From Octopus bimaculoides (Eukaryota): a stretch of 64,000 nucleotides of DNA. The position numbers and the translations under genes are program-made. Of this stretch, positions 26,506 to 40,014 are shown piece by piece. The stretch is from assembly GCF_001194135.2 (NCBI RefSeq), contig NC_068984.1, positions 61,695,600-61,759,599 on the forward strand, given 5' to 3'. The notes under the pieces were generated by a model. It worked only from the letters and a program-made list of their open reading frames with translations, was not told the DNA's origin and made no database searches. How positions within the stretch are numbered: position 1 is the stretch's first letter; every line of letters starts with the position of its first letter.

Positions 26506-27293
26506 TCTACTACATATGTGGGAAATTCTGTCTGTTGGTGTATTTCCGGTGTTGTTAGCTAACACTCCCTACATCATTGTATCGATTTTGATGAAACTTG
26601 ACACATGTATAGAACTCCTGACTTGAAACCTCATGACATACTCAGATTGTGGAAACAAAATCGATAATAGGGCCCCTGGAAGGGATCCTTATATATATAT
26701 ATATATATATNNNNNNNNNNNNNNNNNNNNNNNNNNNNNNNNNNNNNNNNNNNNNNNNNNNNNNNNNNNNNNNNNNNNNNNNNNNNNNNNNNNNNNNNNN
26801 NNNNNNNNNNNNNNNNNNNNNNNNNNNNNNNNNNNNNNNNNNNNNNNNNNNNNNNNNNNNNNNNNNNNNNNNNNNNNNNNNNNNNNNNNNNNNNNNNNNN
26901 NNNNNNNNNNNNNNNNNNNNNNNNNNNNNNNNNNNNNNNNNNNNNNNNNNNNNNNNNNNNNNNNNNNNNNNNNNNNNNNNNNNNNNNNNNNNNNNNNNNN
27001 NNNNNNNNNNNNNNNNNNNNNNNNNNNNNNNNACGTTATTTGAATTCCTACAATCGGGTAACTAATTTCATGTTATTACATAACTGACATCACAATTTAG
27101 GTATTCATAACTTATTGAGAATTCCTGAAAACAAGATCCTGTGTAAGACAGTCGGTATTTTCAGTAAATGTACAAAAACTGTTTTAAGGGCTACGTACTT
27201 TGTATTGTTGTTATTGGATTAGCAAAACAATTATGACCACTGAACCAAGGGATAAGCCTCGCTTTGTCGCAGATTACCGGGTGCATCAGCTAG
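26506..27293 (+). mobile_element. Non-autonomous Helitron (contains a gap)
   Basis: 5' TC (tctactacatatgtgg), 3' ttaccgggtgcatcagCTAG|T; homologous to 10504-11357. Confidence 0.75.
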
Positions 27294-29942
27294 TGTATAT
27301 GTGTGTGTGTGTTTGTGTATATATTCATGTATGTGATATGTGTGTGTGTGTTTGTGTATATATTCATGTATGTGATATGTGTGTGTGTGTACACACCTAT
27401 ATAGATACGAGCACACACATATGTAAACATGTGTATGTAAATATGTATGTTTATGTGTATGCATACATGTAGACAAATTTGAGCTAAGAAAAATAGATTA
27501 ATAGAGTGGTTGCGAAAGTTGAATTAAACTATATTAAATAACAAGCAGAATGTACTCGTGGTGTATTAAAGTCAACTGTGGTGCGAGTAAATGTTAACAA
27601 GCACCTAGTGAGAATTACTACTCAGAACGAGTATAGAAGTTAATCTGATGAATGAAAAATTTTTGCGGAACTAATATGCCAATGAGCAAAAGTGGAGTAT
27701 TTATTTATTATGTCCTGTTAGAATCTGCATGATGCAGAGACAAAATATATGGCGACATAACTGGATAAATAGATACAATTTTACAATCTAGTGACATATC
27801 TGTTTAGATTTAAGTAAACATGATTTTGATACAGATATAATTTTTAAACAGAACTCTTTTACTTATCCCTTCATCTTAAATAGTTTATTTTATTAGAGAT
27901 TTATGATTTTATTAATGCAAGCAGAAAAGTCCTGATCCTATATTGCCTGTGGATAATGCATTATTTTATTTATATTAGAATATTTGCTATTCTGATTTTG
28001 CTGAGGATTTCGGATTTTAACTTAATTTATATGCAGTCTAGCCTAGTAATAAGATAAGAAATGTTTATAGTAATATATGTTTTTAAAGTTTCTATGTTAA
28101 TTTCGAATAAAAACAGTAGAAAGACAATAGAGCAATAATGAAAATATATTTAATATCTTAATGCATTTATCTTGTACATATACAACAGAATAAGTAAAAA
28201 ATAAGATAGTATTCTATTTAGAAATTAAAGAATTCTGCTTTATTCATAATTTACATGACAATCACATACAAACTAAAACACAATCACACATATTCTGATT
28301 ATTACTTGACGCAAGTATCTGGAATGTATGCGACGACTATAAGGATGGTTAAATAACAATAAAAATGAAGAAATGTGTGTGTGACTAAACAAATAATTGG
28401 ATGAGTAAACGATATTCTGTAACAAAATAACAAATAACAGACTACTGAATGCCATGTTCTTAATATTTATTTCCAGTGCAAGTGAACTGAAATGAGACGG
28501 ACTGATTTCAGTTCTAATATACGCCATAGCAGCTAATTCACTCAATCAATGAAATATATATATTAATTAAGTTCCTTGCGCATGGGATTACAAAATTGGA
28601 CTACCATATTAAAGGAATTTGTGACTGTATCATTATATAAATGCATAAATATAAATATAATAATACAAGCAATAACATATGCATGTATATACACAGGCAC
28701 ACTCGCAAAAGTGGATATAAGCATAAACATATATATCTATAAGTATATATATTCACAGTTAATTATATATATATATAAGATCCAAGGATCGAGGTGTAAG
28801 AAGGTTAGTTTCAAGCAATCCGTAGTAAATATATATAAAAATCAACAACATTCAGGGACAATAGTGGTTTATTGACACGGAAGGATGTGGATTGTTTTCT
28901 TATCGAACTACAATAAATTGTTAAAAGTTATTTATATTTCACGGTATGTAACTAGGATTGCGGGGTATGCAAATAAGAATACAAGGAATGAAGTAGACAA
29001 GACTGTATATGCCCATCTTCAGGTGAATAGAATCGAATGCCTTGCGAAACGATATTTTGATCCTCCATATTTTATACATATGTCGCAAACCGAAAAATAA
29101 ATCAGTACAGTTAAGGTGCAGAATCTCATAAAAAGATAAACTTTAACAATTACTATCTCTTATGCCTTTCACTGTTCCACTTCAAGGAGAACCAATGACA
29201 CATCCTGAACTACTTCAAAACACAAAATAATCCTAAAATCTGTTATTTTGCAGACTTAACTTTAGATGTATATACCACTACCAGAGCTTGCATAATGCAG
29301 TACAACATGACATAGTCAGTGGTACAAAGTTCATAGCCGTATAATGCATTCTCAGTATCATGCTGTTTTTATGGTTGGAAAGGACACTAGGCATCATACT
29401 ATGCAATGACAACGTCATTAACAAGCACTCTGAATGTGTTTAAAAATGTAACCACGAGCTCGATTTGGAATTTAGAAGAAACCATTGATATTTAACAGTA
29501 TGTGAAACACTTATTTAGTCACTCGTGTATCAATTATTTTTCTGATTTATTATATTGTCAAATTGGAAAATAACTATGTGTGCATACAGTTGTTTGTCTA
29601 AAAGTGTGTACAAATATAGGATCAATGAATTTGTTACTACTTATTGATATAAATATTTACGATGTGTAATTATAGAATGAATATTGAATGTATTTCTATA
29701 GAAGTATTATTACATGTGAACGGACATATAACAATATGTAAAACTAGGTCTGTCCTAACAAAATTTATAAGTTCCCCTATACCTATTCTTTTTATAATAA
29801 TATTAAATTCATAATTCTAAATGAATTGATGTAAATATGAAAAAACATTAATATGTGAGTGTATTTGTAGTTATCCTAAGTAGGGTAGCATAAAGGTGTA
29901 CGCATTGATGAAAGTGAAAAGTGTGAGTTTATGTTGGCATAA

Positions 29943-29943
<1 letters not shown>

Positions 29944-29973
<30 letters not shown>

Positions 29974-30013
29974 TGCATGTATGTATGTATGTATGTATGT
30001 ATGTATGTATGTA
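29944..30013. repeat. (ATGT)n microsatellite
   Basis: Direct. Confidence 0.95.
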
Positions 30014-30034
30014 TTTAAATACGGATATATGTAC

Positions 30035-30634
30035 TCTAATCTAAATGGCAAGTTTATGTGTTTGTGAATTTGTTTTAACTCCTCCGAGACTGTACAATAG
30101 ACCTCGATGAAACTTAACACGTGTGTGGGGCGTATGCCCATGCGGTCACTTACCCACTTTAAACTTTTAGAAAATCGATTTTTAATTAGTATCAATTTTT
30201 CAAAAATCGTAAAATTTCGACATTTTTGGCACTAGCCATCGTGACATCAATTTGACGAAACATGATTAAATTTGACGAAAGATTTTTCATTTCAATGCGA
30301 ATTGTTTTGATTTGCTAAAACTTATCTTTTCAATTCGTTGTTTTTATCCCACAGCGTTTCCGGTTTTGATTAGGTAAGAGCATTTTATATATAAAGTTTA
30401 GGCATTTTGCGCACTAGCCGTCGTGACATCAATTTGACGAAATCTGCCCCAAAGCGCAAAATTTTGCCATTTTACGCACTCGCTACCAGACTCTGTTCAT
30501 ATTTTCGCCAAATTGGTTCTACCCATTATTATAGATTTTAAGTTTTTAAAAATGTCGGAATTTGACGAAAAATGTTTCATCACTATAAACAGATATCTCA
30601 GTAACGGTAATTTATTACCGGGTACCTCAGCTAG
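30035..30634 (+). mobile_element. Non-autonomous Helitron (second family)
   Basis: 5' TC, subterminal hairpin CGGTAA-ttta-TTACCG, 3' CTAG|T; internal ~37-bp direct repeat at about 30224 and 30405. Confidence 0.7.
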
Positions 30635-30764
30635 TGTTAAATAAATGTATACATATGTATATATACGCGTGTGTGTTTGTGTGATCAAGTAAATTTGTTA
30701 GTTTGAAATAGTCTATCTTAATTAGCTTGAAAAACAAGAATAGTGTTTTCTTTGTAAACTCCCC

Positions 30765-30766
<2 letters not shown>

Positions 30767-30812
<46 letters not shown>

Positions 30813-30868
30813 NNNNNNNNNNNNNNNNNNNNNNNNNNNNNNNNNNNNNNNNNNNNNNNNNNNNNNNN

Positions 30869-30931
<63 letters not shown>
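30767..30931. repeat. (CT)n microsatellite with gap
   Basis: Direct. Confidence 0.95.
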
Positions 30932-30933
<2 letters not shown>

Positions 30934-31169
30934 ATTTCTTACTCCGAAAGCAACTGTAGGTGGCTTCACCAACAGTCCCCAATCAAACAATTCTCCAGTG
31001 CCGAATCTGTATTTCTAAAATTAGGTCTACAAAGTTATAGGTTTTATTAACCTGCTGTGTTGAGGAAGTGAGAATATGTCATTTGTTTCCTTTACTTGGA
31101 ACAGTGACACACACAAAAGATGGTAATTGTTAAAAGTTTATCTTTTTGTGACATTCTTATCCTTGAAGG

Positions 31170-31470
31170 TTCTTTTTATATTTTTACTGAAATATCAGAC
31201 GAGTCTGTGGCTGAAAGTTCAATGAAGTTCAACGATTTTTGACATTTGTATCTCTTTGTATGAGGAATACTAAAACTAGTATTTCGGTCTTGGTATAGGC
31301 AGAGTGTTTGACTGTATTCACTGAAAGATATGTATCTACGGCTGTCGCTGATTGATATTAATGCAATGCTGTGTGTAATGTATATAGCTTTCAGCAATGA
31401 ATAGCTGGTAATGACGCACTGAAACAATTGTAGTGATATGGAAATAAGGACAATTCAATCCATTTTGTGT
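31170..31470 (+). pseudogene. Possible TIR-domain relic
   Basis: A single frame from 31238 reads FDICISLYEEY...KICIY...RTETIVVI...FNPFC with TIR-like motif spacing, but many stops. Confidence 0.3.
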
Positions 31471-34199
31471 TAATAGTTTTTATATATTACACGTGTGTAT
31501 GCGTGCGTGCGTGTGCGTGTGTGTGCGCGTGTGTTTGTCTTTGTGTCTATTCACCTATTGTTGTTAAGTGTGTGAATGTACGCACACACGTCTATGCGTA
31601 CCTGTGTGTGTGTGTGTGTAAGAACAAAGGTTGCTTTATATCATAAAATGATAACGATCAAGTAAACTTGGTTTCTGGACTTCGGTTTTGCTAACATGAC
31701 CCTATAATTTTACCAAAATGCTAAACTGTAGTAGTCGCCACCATTTTAGTTTAAAACCTTGTGTAATTATGTGAGAACTACGATAGGCAGTTTGATCTGC
31801 GGTAAGTTCATTTGTAATTTCCTCAAAATTTGGATTTCATGTACATATCATACGTGATGTTGATTGTTTAAATTACTTACGATAGTCTCATATTTTTGAA
31901 GTACTCTACTATATAACTCAGACTGTAAATGTGTTGAGGAGAGTATATCATCTGCCAGTCAGATCAGCATCTCCTGTAATGATTGCACCTAGCAGATTAT
32001 TATACATGTCTGAACCTAAAGCTTATGGACCTTTTCGAATATACCGCAAGTCAGCAAACTAGACTTTTGCTCATTGACCTACACAAGACTGTTGGACAGT
32101 ATCCATGACACAACATTTTATCTGATTCTGCTTTCTTAATTATACAAAAGAATACAATTGAAGACATATTGCTAGTCTGTTGCTTATTTGGTTGAGTTTT
32201 GTGATATGAACTGATTAAAATGAAAAGCATGGATACATAATGCAGTCATACGCTCAATTGCATTCTGAAGACTCTGCTCGAAAATTTCTTACAATCATTC
32301 TATAAGTCTGATACGTTTCATCGACATTAGCAGGTATCATTACAAAAAGCTAAGTGCATATAAGTTATTTACATCTCTGGGAGTGTTTGTCAGTATGTAC
32401 CTCAATAGAAATGTCTTCTGGCATTGTCCCAGCATGAAATTACTCTCGAAGACGTAAAAATGATTGCAAATATATTGTAATCTGAAACTGCAGAGGAATG
32501 AAGAGTACGAAGAATAACAGCATCACGATTTTCTCTTCCGATATTAAACAATACTCTCTTATTGCCCCGTAAAAAATCTTACTTCCGAACCATAAAAATT
32601 GCAGACAGTATGGCGCATTACTTAATCGCATGTCTTGGTGCCCCCAAATTTTTTAACCACTCCATGAATCCTTAACGTGAAAGAGTCGGAGCAACAGTAG
32701 CAGCGTTTACAATCATGGCTATAACACTGTTGAACGTCCGACAATTTTTCTAAAATACTTGAACAGTATGAACAATATATACATTTCCTTAAATAATTCT
32801 AACAAAGAATTTTATAGTGTACTTATAGATCGAAAAATACTAATTTAATTTTTACTCATTGATCCATACTCAACGTTCAGATGACTTCGGTAATTTATTG
32901 TGGAATTTCTCTAGAGGTTTTATTTCATTTAAAAGAGAAATTCACAAATTATTTCACACAAATTCCAGGAAATCGAAACTTTTCAATTCATTTCTACAAA
33001 TTTATTTTTATTGATTATTGCATTGTTCATTATTGTTAGAATACGCATGTAGTCGTCTTTTTGGTTGACAAATAAGAGTCTACTATTCACCATACATGCA
33101 TACATACATACATACATACATACCTAAATACATACATACATACATACATGCACGCATACACTCACACACACAAACACACATATACATATACATACATATG
33201 TGTGTGTGTGGGGGTGTGTGTGTCTGTATCAGATTTGGAACGGACTTAAATTCCGAAGTCCCTTGTACTAACCTTTCATTATTTCCTGTATTTCCTATTT
33301 TTACTGAGGAATTACCATGGATAATTGCTCTTCTTCCATTGTCGCTACATCTACAAGTTGTTCAGTCATATTCTCCAGAATATTTGCTATAAAATAGATA
33401 GAGAACAACTTTTCTTTAATATTAAATATGTTATATTAAAACCCGACTGCATTCAAGATAGTTTTTTGTCAAATATTATGCGTATTTCCTTTCATTCCTA
33501 TATGTTTGGTTTGAGACAAAACAATAGCCTTCCCAAATCAACTAGTCTGATTTTCGACTGTTTTACAATGTATATTCAAAGAAAGTTTTTCCTTCGACCA
33601 TACGCACACACCTAGGCTTTTTCCGAAAATTTTGAAACTTACCATAAATGTTAATAAACACAATAGAGAAAATGAAATCATCATATCCATTTTTCTTGAA
33701 TTTCAGTCATTGAACAAACTCTTATTTATTAAACCGATTAAGTATTTTTTTCTATATGGTGTTATATCTACTAGCATGAATCATAAATCATTCGAATTAT
33801 AATGTCGGAGTGTAAAAGAGTAATAAATATATTTTTATTAAAAATATTATGGGTCGAAGGACGAATAAGTGGAAGACATAAATCTTATTTTCTCATCTTT
33901 TCTAAATTTGTTTTGAAATAAACGGAAATATTGTTAGATGGTGTTATAGGTCTTGTAGATAAATTTAGAAAAATATAAGAACTAAATAAATCTATGTATA
34001 TGTCTATACTCACTAAGAATTTATGGGTGATGTCGTACAAGACAGAAACATCCAGTTTTTGTATAATGTACTTCTGTATAGTACTTCATTTCCCTGTTTG
34101 AATTGCGTATAGAAACGATTGTCCATTTTCAAGAGACGATTTCATAGAAGTTAAATCGATAAACAACCCATTTCGTTCCCCAACCAAAACATATTCATT

Positions 34200-34920
34200 T
34201 CTATTGCACAAGGTCTTCAACAGCTAAATGGCAACGATAATCACTGTCAGATGTTACTGAATGATATAAATTATGAATATCAAACTGGATCCATATCTAA
34301 AAGTATCTTCAATGGCTGTCGCATAAAACAAATACTCTCCTGGATGGAGATCTTGCAATCACGAACATATGTGTACTATCTAGAGCAATATTTTTATGTT
34401 ATGTATATTACCATGCTATCAATCATAATTTACACAACTCGATTGATTACATTCCCCTGAATGTTGCCGTATCTTTCAACCAACACTCAAACGCATACGG
34501 TCGTGTGTGTTCATAGTTTGTTAGACACACTTTCCAGTCTACCCTGAATTATATGCCACACTGCTCAAACTGTCCCTCACTGATATTGTTTACGACGCTC
34601 ATACACTCTAACTGCGGATCTACATTTCCCACATGATGTTAGGGTCCGTCTACAGTGCGATTAGTAACCTCTGCTTATTATAATTAGCACTTTTAACACT
34701 ATTCCCATGGAAAAGTTTGTACACATTTGAAAATATCGCAGCACGAACAAGCTGTTTTATCAATGTATTGGCCGAACCTTTTATTCAAGTCTAATAACCT
34801 GGAACGAAACCCAAAGAGATTGCATTATCACGAAATGAAGAATTTCCTTACATCTGATTTAGTAGTAAACTTTGAATAGACCAGTGAATGTGTCCAGGAA
34901 CTCTCATCTCCCGACAATCC
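34200..34920 (-). pseudogene. Possible degenerate TLR relic
   Basis: Minus-strand order DTFTGLFKVYY, RLLDLNK, CSCCDIF, VLVERYG, then HICS*LQDLHPGE...AIED (TIR box-2-like RDxxPG); multiple frames. Confidence 0.4.
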
Positions 34921-35008
34921 TAATGGATCAAATGATCTGAAATCGTTCAGCAGGTAGGCCAGCCTTCAGCAAATCCGTATTGCATAGATGTTTATCTGCC
35001 ACTCATAA

Positions 35009-37243
35009 CACTGGTCAACAGCCAATTTTCATCAGGGATATTATATAGTGTTTTATGTGTAGTTTTGTCTGCAGATTTCAAAAATGTAATCGGTTTCCTT
35101 CTATCAGGCACAATTTTTCTGATGAGATAAGAGAGGTATATAACTACCATCAGCAGTATCGCTACACGCAAACGTCTGATACAGGTAAATTCTGACTTTC
35201 GTTTTATAACTATTTGTATTCATTTTGTAATTAAATGTTTTCATAATCTTTTCTTTTCATAAATTTTACTTTCTGTTTTAGGTGGCAAGTCATCATCATC
35301 ATCAAATTCTAATCAGGATGTCAAGGCATTGCAAGAACAGTCCTGATATATTTTGTTATGTCTGTGGTTCATTTACCACCAAAGCTCAGCAACGTACCGT
35401 CACAAGTGAAATCAAGAGGATCTACCAGTTATGCTTTGGCTGCTCTCTCAAGATAAGAATTGGGCGCCGCACATTATCTGCTCAGCTTGTGCAAATAGAC
35501 TAAGGGGTTGGCTAAATAAGAGGAAGAGAGCAATACCGTTTGCAATACATATCATATGGAGAGAGCCAAAGCATCATTTCATGGACTGTTATTTCTGCAA
35601 CGTTAATGTATGTGGGTTTACTATAAATACCAAGCATAAGATTGTGTATCCCAACTTGGAATCAGCAAGACGACCAGTACCACACAACGATGATGATCTT
35701 ACTATTCCAATACCATCAGGAAATGGCCTTCAGATGTCTGACGAAAATGCATTTCCTGAAGATAATACTACTAGTGTGGAAGACACCGAAGCGGATGTAC
35801 ATTTCACGATTGAAAATGAAGACGTACCACAGAAATTTTCTCAGGGAGAGTTAAATGATTTAGTCAGAGACTTGTCATTGTCGAAGGATAAAGCTGAACT
35901 ATAAGCATCTCGCTTACAAGAAAAGTGTCTGCTTAAGAAAGATATTTGTATTACTCATTTCAGGAAGAGAAATAGGGATCTGACTTCACTTCATGCTTTT
36001 CTGTTGATGGGCCACTTTGTTTCAGTAATAACACTGATGAGTTATTTCGCTGTTTGTTCCAAGAACATGTTCCAGTTGAATGGCGCTTATTCATTGATTC
36101 ATGTAAGAGAAGCCTCAAGGCAGTACTACTACACAACGGCAATAAGAAACCATCCATTCTCATAGGACATTCAGTGCACATAAAGGAGTGTTATGAAAAC
36201 ATGCAAGTACTCCTCAATGCTATAAAGTATACAAACTACAGCTGGAAAATATGTGGAGACTTGAAGGTGATTGGTATGTTGATGGGAATGCAATCTGGGT
36301 TCCCGAAATAGTGTTGCTTTTTATGGTTATGGGACACTCGTGCAACTAACAATCACTATGTACAATCAGAGTAGCCTATGCAAAAATCATATGAGCCGGG
36401 AGTTTCTCGCGTGCAGAGTAAGCCACTTTTAATCCCAGAAAATGTTCTTATTATCTCGCTTCACATAAAGCTTGGCGTCATGAAACAATTCGTGAAGACA
36501 CTTGCCAGGAAGGACAAATTTCCAAAAGTCCCCGAAGCAAAACTGAAGGAGGGCGTATTCATAGGTCCTCAGATAAAAGAACTCCTGAAGGACAACCACT
36601 TCCTCACAGCACTGGAGGAGATTGAGCTTAAAGCATGGGAATGACTCTGTGAAAATTTCTTAGGCAACAAGAGATCTCTAGAGTTCAGAAATGGAGTGAA
36701 ATGTCCTCTAGACTCCTACACTGCAATGGGCTGTCGGACGTCACAAAAAGTCTATTTCCTTGATTTACATCTGGACGTTTTTGAAGAGAACCATGGCGCA
36801 GTGTTTGATGAGGAAGGGGAACGCTTTCATCAAGATATTGCATGGATAGAACAACCATATCAAGGATTTTGGAATGCAAGAATGTTAGCTGACTACTGTT
36901 GGATGTCATACAGGGGTGAACCTGAGACAAAACACCATCGAAAGTCCAAATCCCAGCGATCTTAAGTTGTTATGCATTTGAGTGTATTCTAACTTATTTG
37001 TACACAATAATTTTAATTTTGTATAATAAAAAACCATGAAATTATCGTATCTTGCATTGAATATGCTTTATATAGACATGCTTTATGTATTATATAAGTT
37101 AAAACAGCAGGTATAATTAACATGAAAATGTGACCTGATCGAGGAACTCGGACTTCAGATTCGTAATCAGCATCACAAATTAACCCAGAAAAGTCAATCA
37201 GCAACTCTGATGATTTAAAATAGTTTCATTTTGTTGACCAGTG
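35009..37243 (+). mobile_element. Chapaev3 (CMC superfamily) DNA transposon, full length, inactivated
   Basis: TIRs CACTGGTCAACA (35009-35020) and TGTTGACCAGTG (37232-37243); TAA on both flanks. Confidence 0.9.
35318..36965 (+). pseudogene. Chapaev3 transposase, frameshifted
   Basis: MSRHCKNSPDIFCYVCG...DKNWAPHIICSAC...WREPKHHFMDCYFC...LNDLVRDLSLSKDKAEL...WRLFIDS...ICGDLKVI...EEGERFHQDI...MLADYCW; upstream GT-AG intron 35185-35281. Confidence 0.85.
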
Positions 37244-38329
37244 TAATAATCCTGTGAAACTACTTGTTATACTCATATTTCCTGTACTTAGAGGACATTT
37301 AATTTTTATCGCAGGGTATATAGCTTTTATCTGTCTGTATAAAACTGATTGAATGTAATTTACGACCAACTCACTTTTGCATTTTGGAAAAGTTATTCTA
37401 GTTATATTTTCGTTACATTATAAGTTATATGTCCGTTTTGTTAGATCATCGTAATAATTTACATTGTTCTTAAAGCTATTTACATGCTTAATGAAATAGA
37501 TACCTATTTCACTGAACTCGCTGCTATATGGAAGCGTATTTTTCACTTAAGTAAATCATTAGATTCCTTCTAAAGAAGCAAACCAAAGTTAGTTTCCATG
37601 AATCCGTATGTTTCTTAGGAAAAGCCGCGATAGAAGAAAGGTTCTACATCTAGTTTTATTATTTCCCTGGAGTTCAAAATTATTTAAAATTTATAGTATA
37701 CTGAATATCTTGAAAAGTTTTCAACGATACTGTCTTTCCTTCCACACCTTTATATGAAAAAGAACTTTACTATTAGTTAGGTGCCTTTTAGTAATTAATA
37801 ACACCGTTAAAGCTTCGTCTGTGTGGAATTTTATGACACATTGCCCTATGATTGGCGTCTGTAAACTTTTCCTTGTCTCTTCATGCAATTCCTTTGAAAC
37901 TAATCATTCTTTTTGCTAGTGTACTTTTCAGCTAAAATATGTGAGTCTAATTGTATCCGAGAACTTACGCCTCTTGTAAATTTATTTGCTTGAGTTATTA
38001 TTATTTTTTTTACTGCGGTTTACATCTGATTTTGTCACATTTTTTCCATCTGATTCTTGCATTACTCTAACCATATTTTCTTCCTGTCATTCTCATTTTT
38101 ATCCATATAACAGCTATTGCTGGTCTTGAAGTAAAAAGTAGAAGTATTGCTGTCGTTTGAGCATCAATCAGAAGACTCAATGAATACATATTTTCTTTCT
38201 TTCCTCACATCCATATGAGAATATTTGAATACCGACACTTTTGAATAACATCTGTAATGTGCAGCACTAAATATCTTTACCGCAATGCTTGCTCAGAAGT
38301 TACAGCAATATAATAACAATCATATTCTT

Positions 38330-39560
38330 CTTCAAAATACATAAGTTCTATGACGACTAATCTCCACTCAATAAATACACACAATATCTAACGTATTTTT
38401 ATTAGTATATTTTGAAAAAATGAAATAAATATAAAAACACAATTGGTTGATGTGCTTTCAAGTTACATTTTCCCTCTGATATTCCAGCAATTATAAAAAC
38501 AACACTAATAATGTATTTACTGCAGAATGGCACAACTGCTTATTAATGCATTTGACATCATATGTTTATGTATAAAAAGAATATTCGTATAAAATGTAAA
38601 CAACCGAGTTGGAACTTGAAGATACAGAGATATTTAAAATCAAATTCTTATGTTGTTTGTTACGACTAATCTATAGGTTTCTTTTTCTCCAAAATACCAG
38701 AACTGAAATTGTCATTGTATGATATGAACACATCATTTTGAGGTTGATTTTTCACAACGTTTTATACTTTTAAAGATTTACTCCAATGTTTTTCTTCATC
38801 CGTCTAATTTTAAAACAATAGGCAATGTTTAATTTCAGTGAAACTGTTCTGCATTGTAATTCCGAGAATAAAAAACAATAACTTTAGCTGTTTAGATGGA
38901 AAATTATCGAATATTTCTTGTTGAATGAAAAATCTATTGTTTTAAGACACATCATTGTTAAATTTGTTTCCTTCACAAAGATTTATTGTTTGGGAAGAGA
39001 ATTCAACTTTCCTTTGAACTTCCAGGATTACGGACAATTTTTATCATCAGAAATTATTAGGAATTGTTGTATGAGAATATATGTACTATCAGACATTTTA
39101 ATATTATTTTATACGAATACATTTTCCATAAAAATGATCATGCATGTTGTTAGAAAATTTACGTGAGATTATTTAGTTTAACCCTGTCACATATATGCAC
39201 TTTACATGTCTTAAATATCGAAAGATTCTAGAGTTTGAGCTTGAAGGTAATTTAGCTGGTATTTTATATAGATTGTTGGAAATAGTTTTGACGAAAATCA
39301 TTGAATTATTTTTTGTGTACGTTAACAAATATTGTACAGAATACATATCAGGATATTCTAAACATAAAAAAAAATTATCTATGATGCTATCGTACAACTG
39401 TTATATATTATAGATCATTTGTCGTTGTAATGGCAATATTATAGGCAATTTTTTGAATATAAGTTAACTAAGCATACAGTTACAGTGATAATCACAACAT
39501 CGTGCATAATCAATACATAGTTTCATTGTTGCATAAAGTATGCATGTAAAGAATAAAACA
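38330..39560 (-). pseudogene. Degenerate Toll-like receptor (multiple-cysteine-cluster type) pseudogene
   Basis: Minus-strand order: CCDYHCNCM (39499-39473), SNNLYKIPAKLPS, LKTIDFSFN, then in one frame KLLFFILGITM...FTEIKHCLLF...NDVFISYNDN (DVFISY 38734-38717). Confidence 0.6.
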
Positions 39561-39752
39561 GTCGATGCAATTTTATACAATTAGGATGATATAAAGTGTT
39601 GAATCCTGTCAACTCGAACTCAAAAGAGAATTGCAAAGAGAACACAGCGTTTCTTATTCTGAATGCAAAAAAATGCAATGAAGCCTAACAAAGTGGTGCT
39701 TGAAGGAAGAGTTTCTGTCCGCACAGCAGAGATTACAAGCTATACATGTAAA

Positions 39753-39784
39753 CGCACACACACACACACACACACACGCACACA

Positions 39785-39845
<61 letters not shown>

Positions 39846-39900
39846 CCGCACACACACAAGCACACACAAACACAACACACACCCACTTACACACACACAG
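39753..39900. repeat. (CA)n microsatellite
   Basis: Direct. Confidence 0.95.
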
Positions 39901-40014
39901 ATGCGCACGCGCGAATCACGCGTTCAGAAAAAAGCAAAAGAAAACAGAAAACCGAGACAATTGAGGGAACAAAAGACAAAGTGTGTTAGTTTCAGGCTCA
40001 AGAAAAATGGAAAA

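Noticed and set aside
28300-29100. CVCD...W and VVY*HGRMWIV...SRQDCIC as another TLR relic
   Set aside because: Motifs are too weak and multi-frame to separate from chance
32260-32295. CTGAAGA-ctctgctc-GAAA as a hammerhead
   Set aside because: No valid stem II or stem I; likely chance
32050-32640. Minus-strand LRRCT/TM/TIR-like words
   Set aside because: Conflicting frames and wrong spacing
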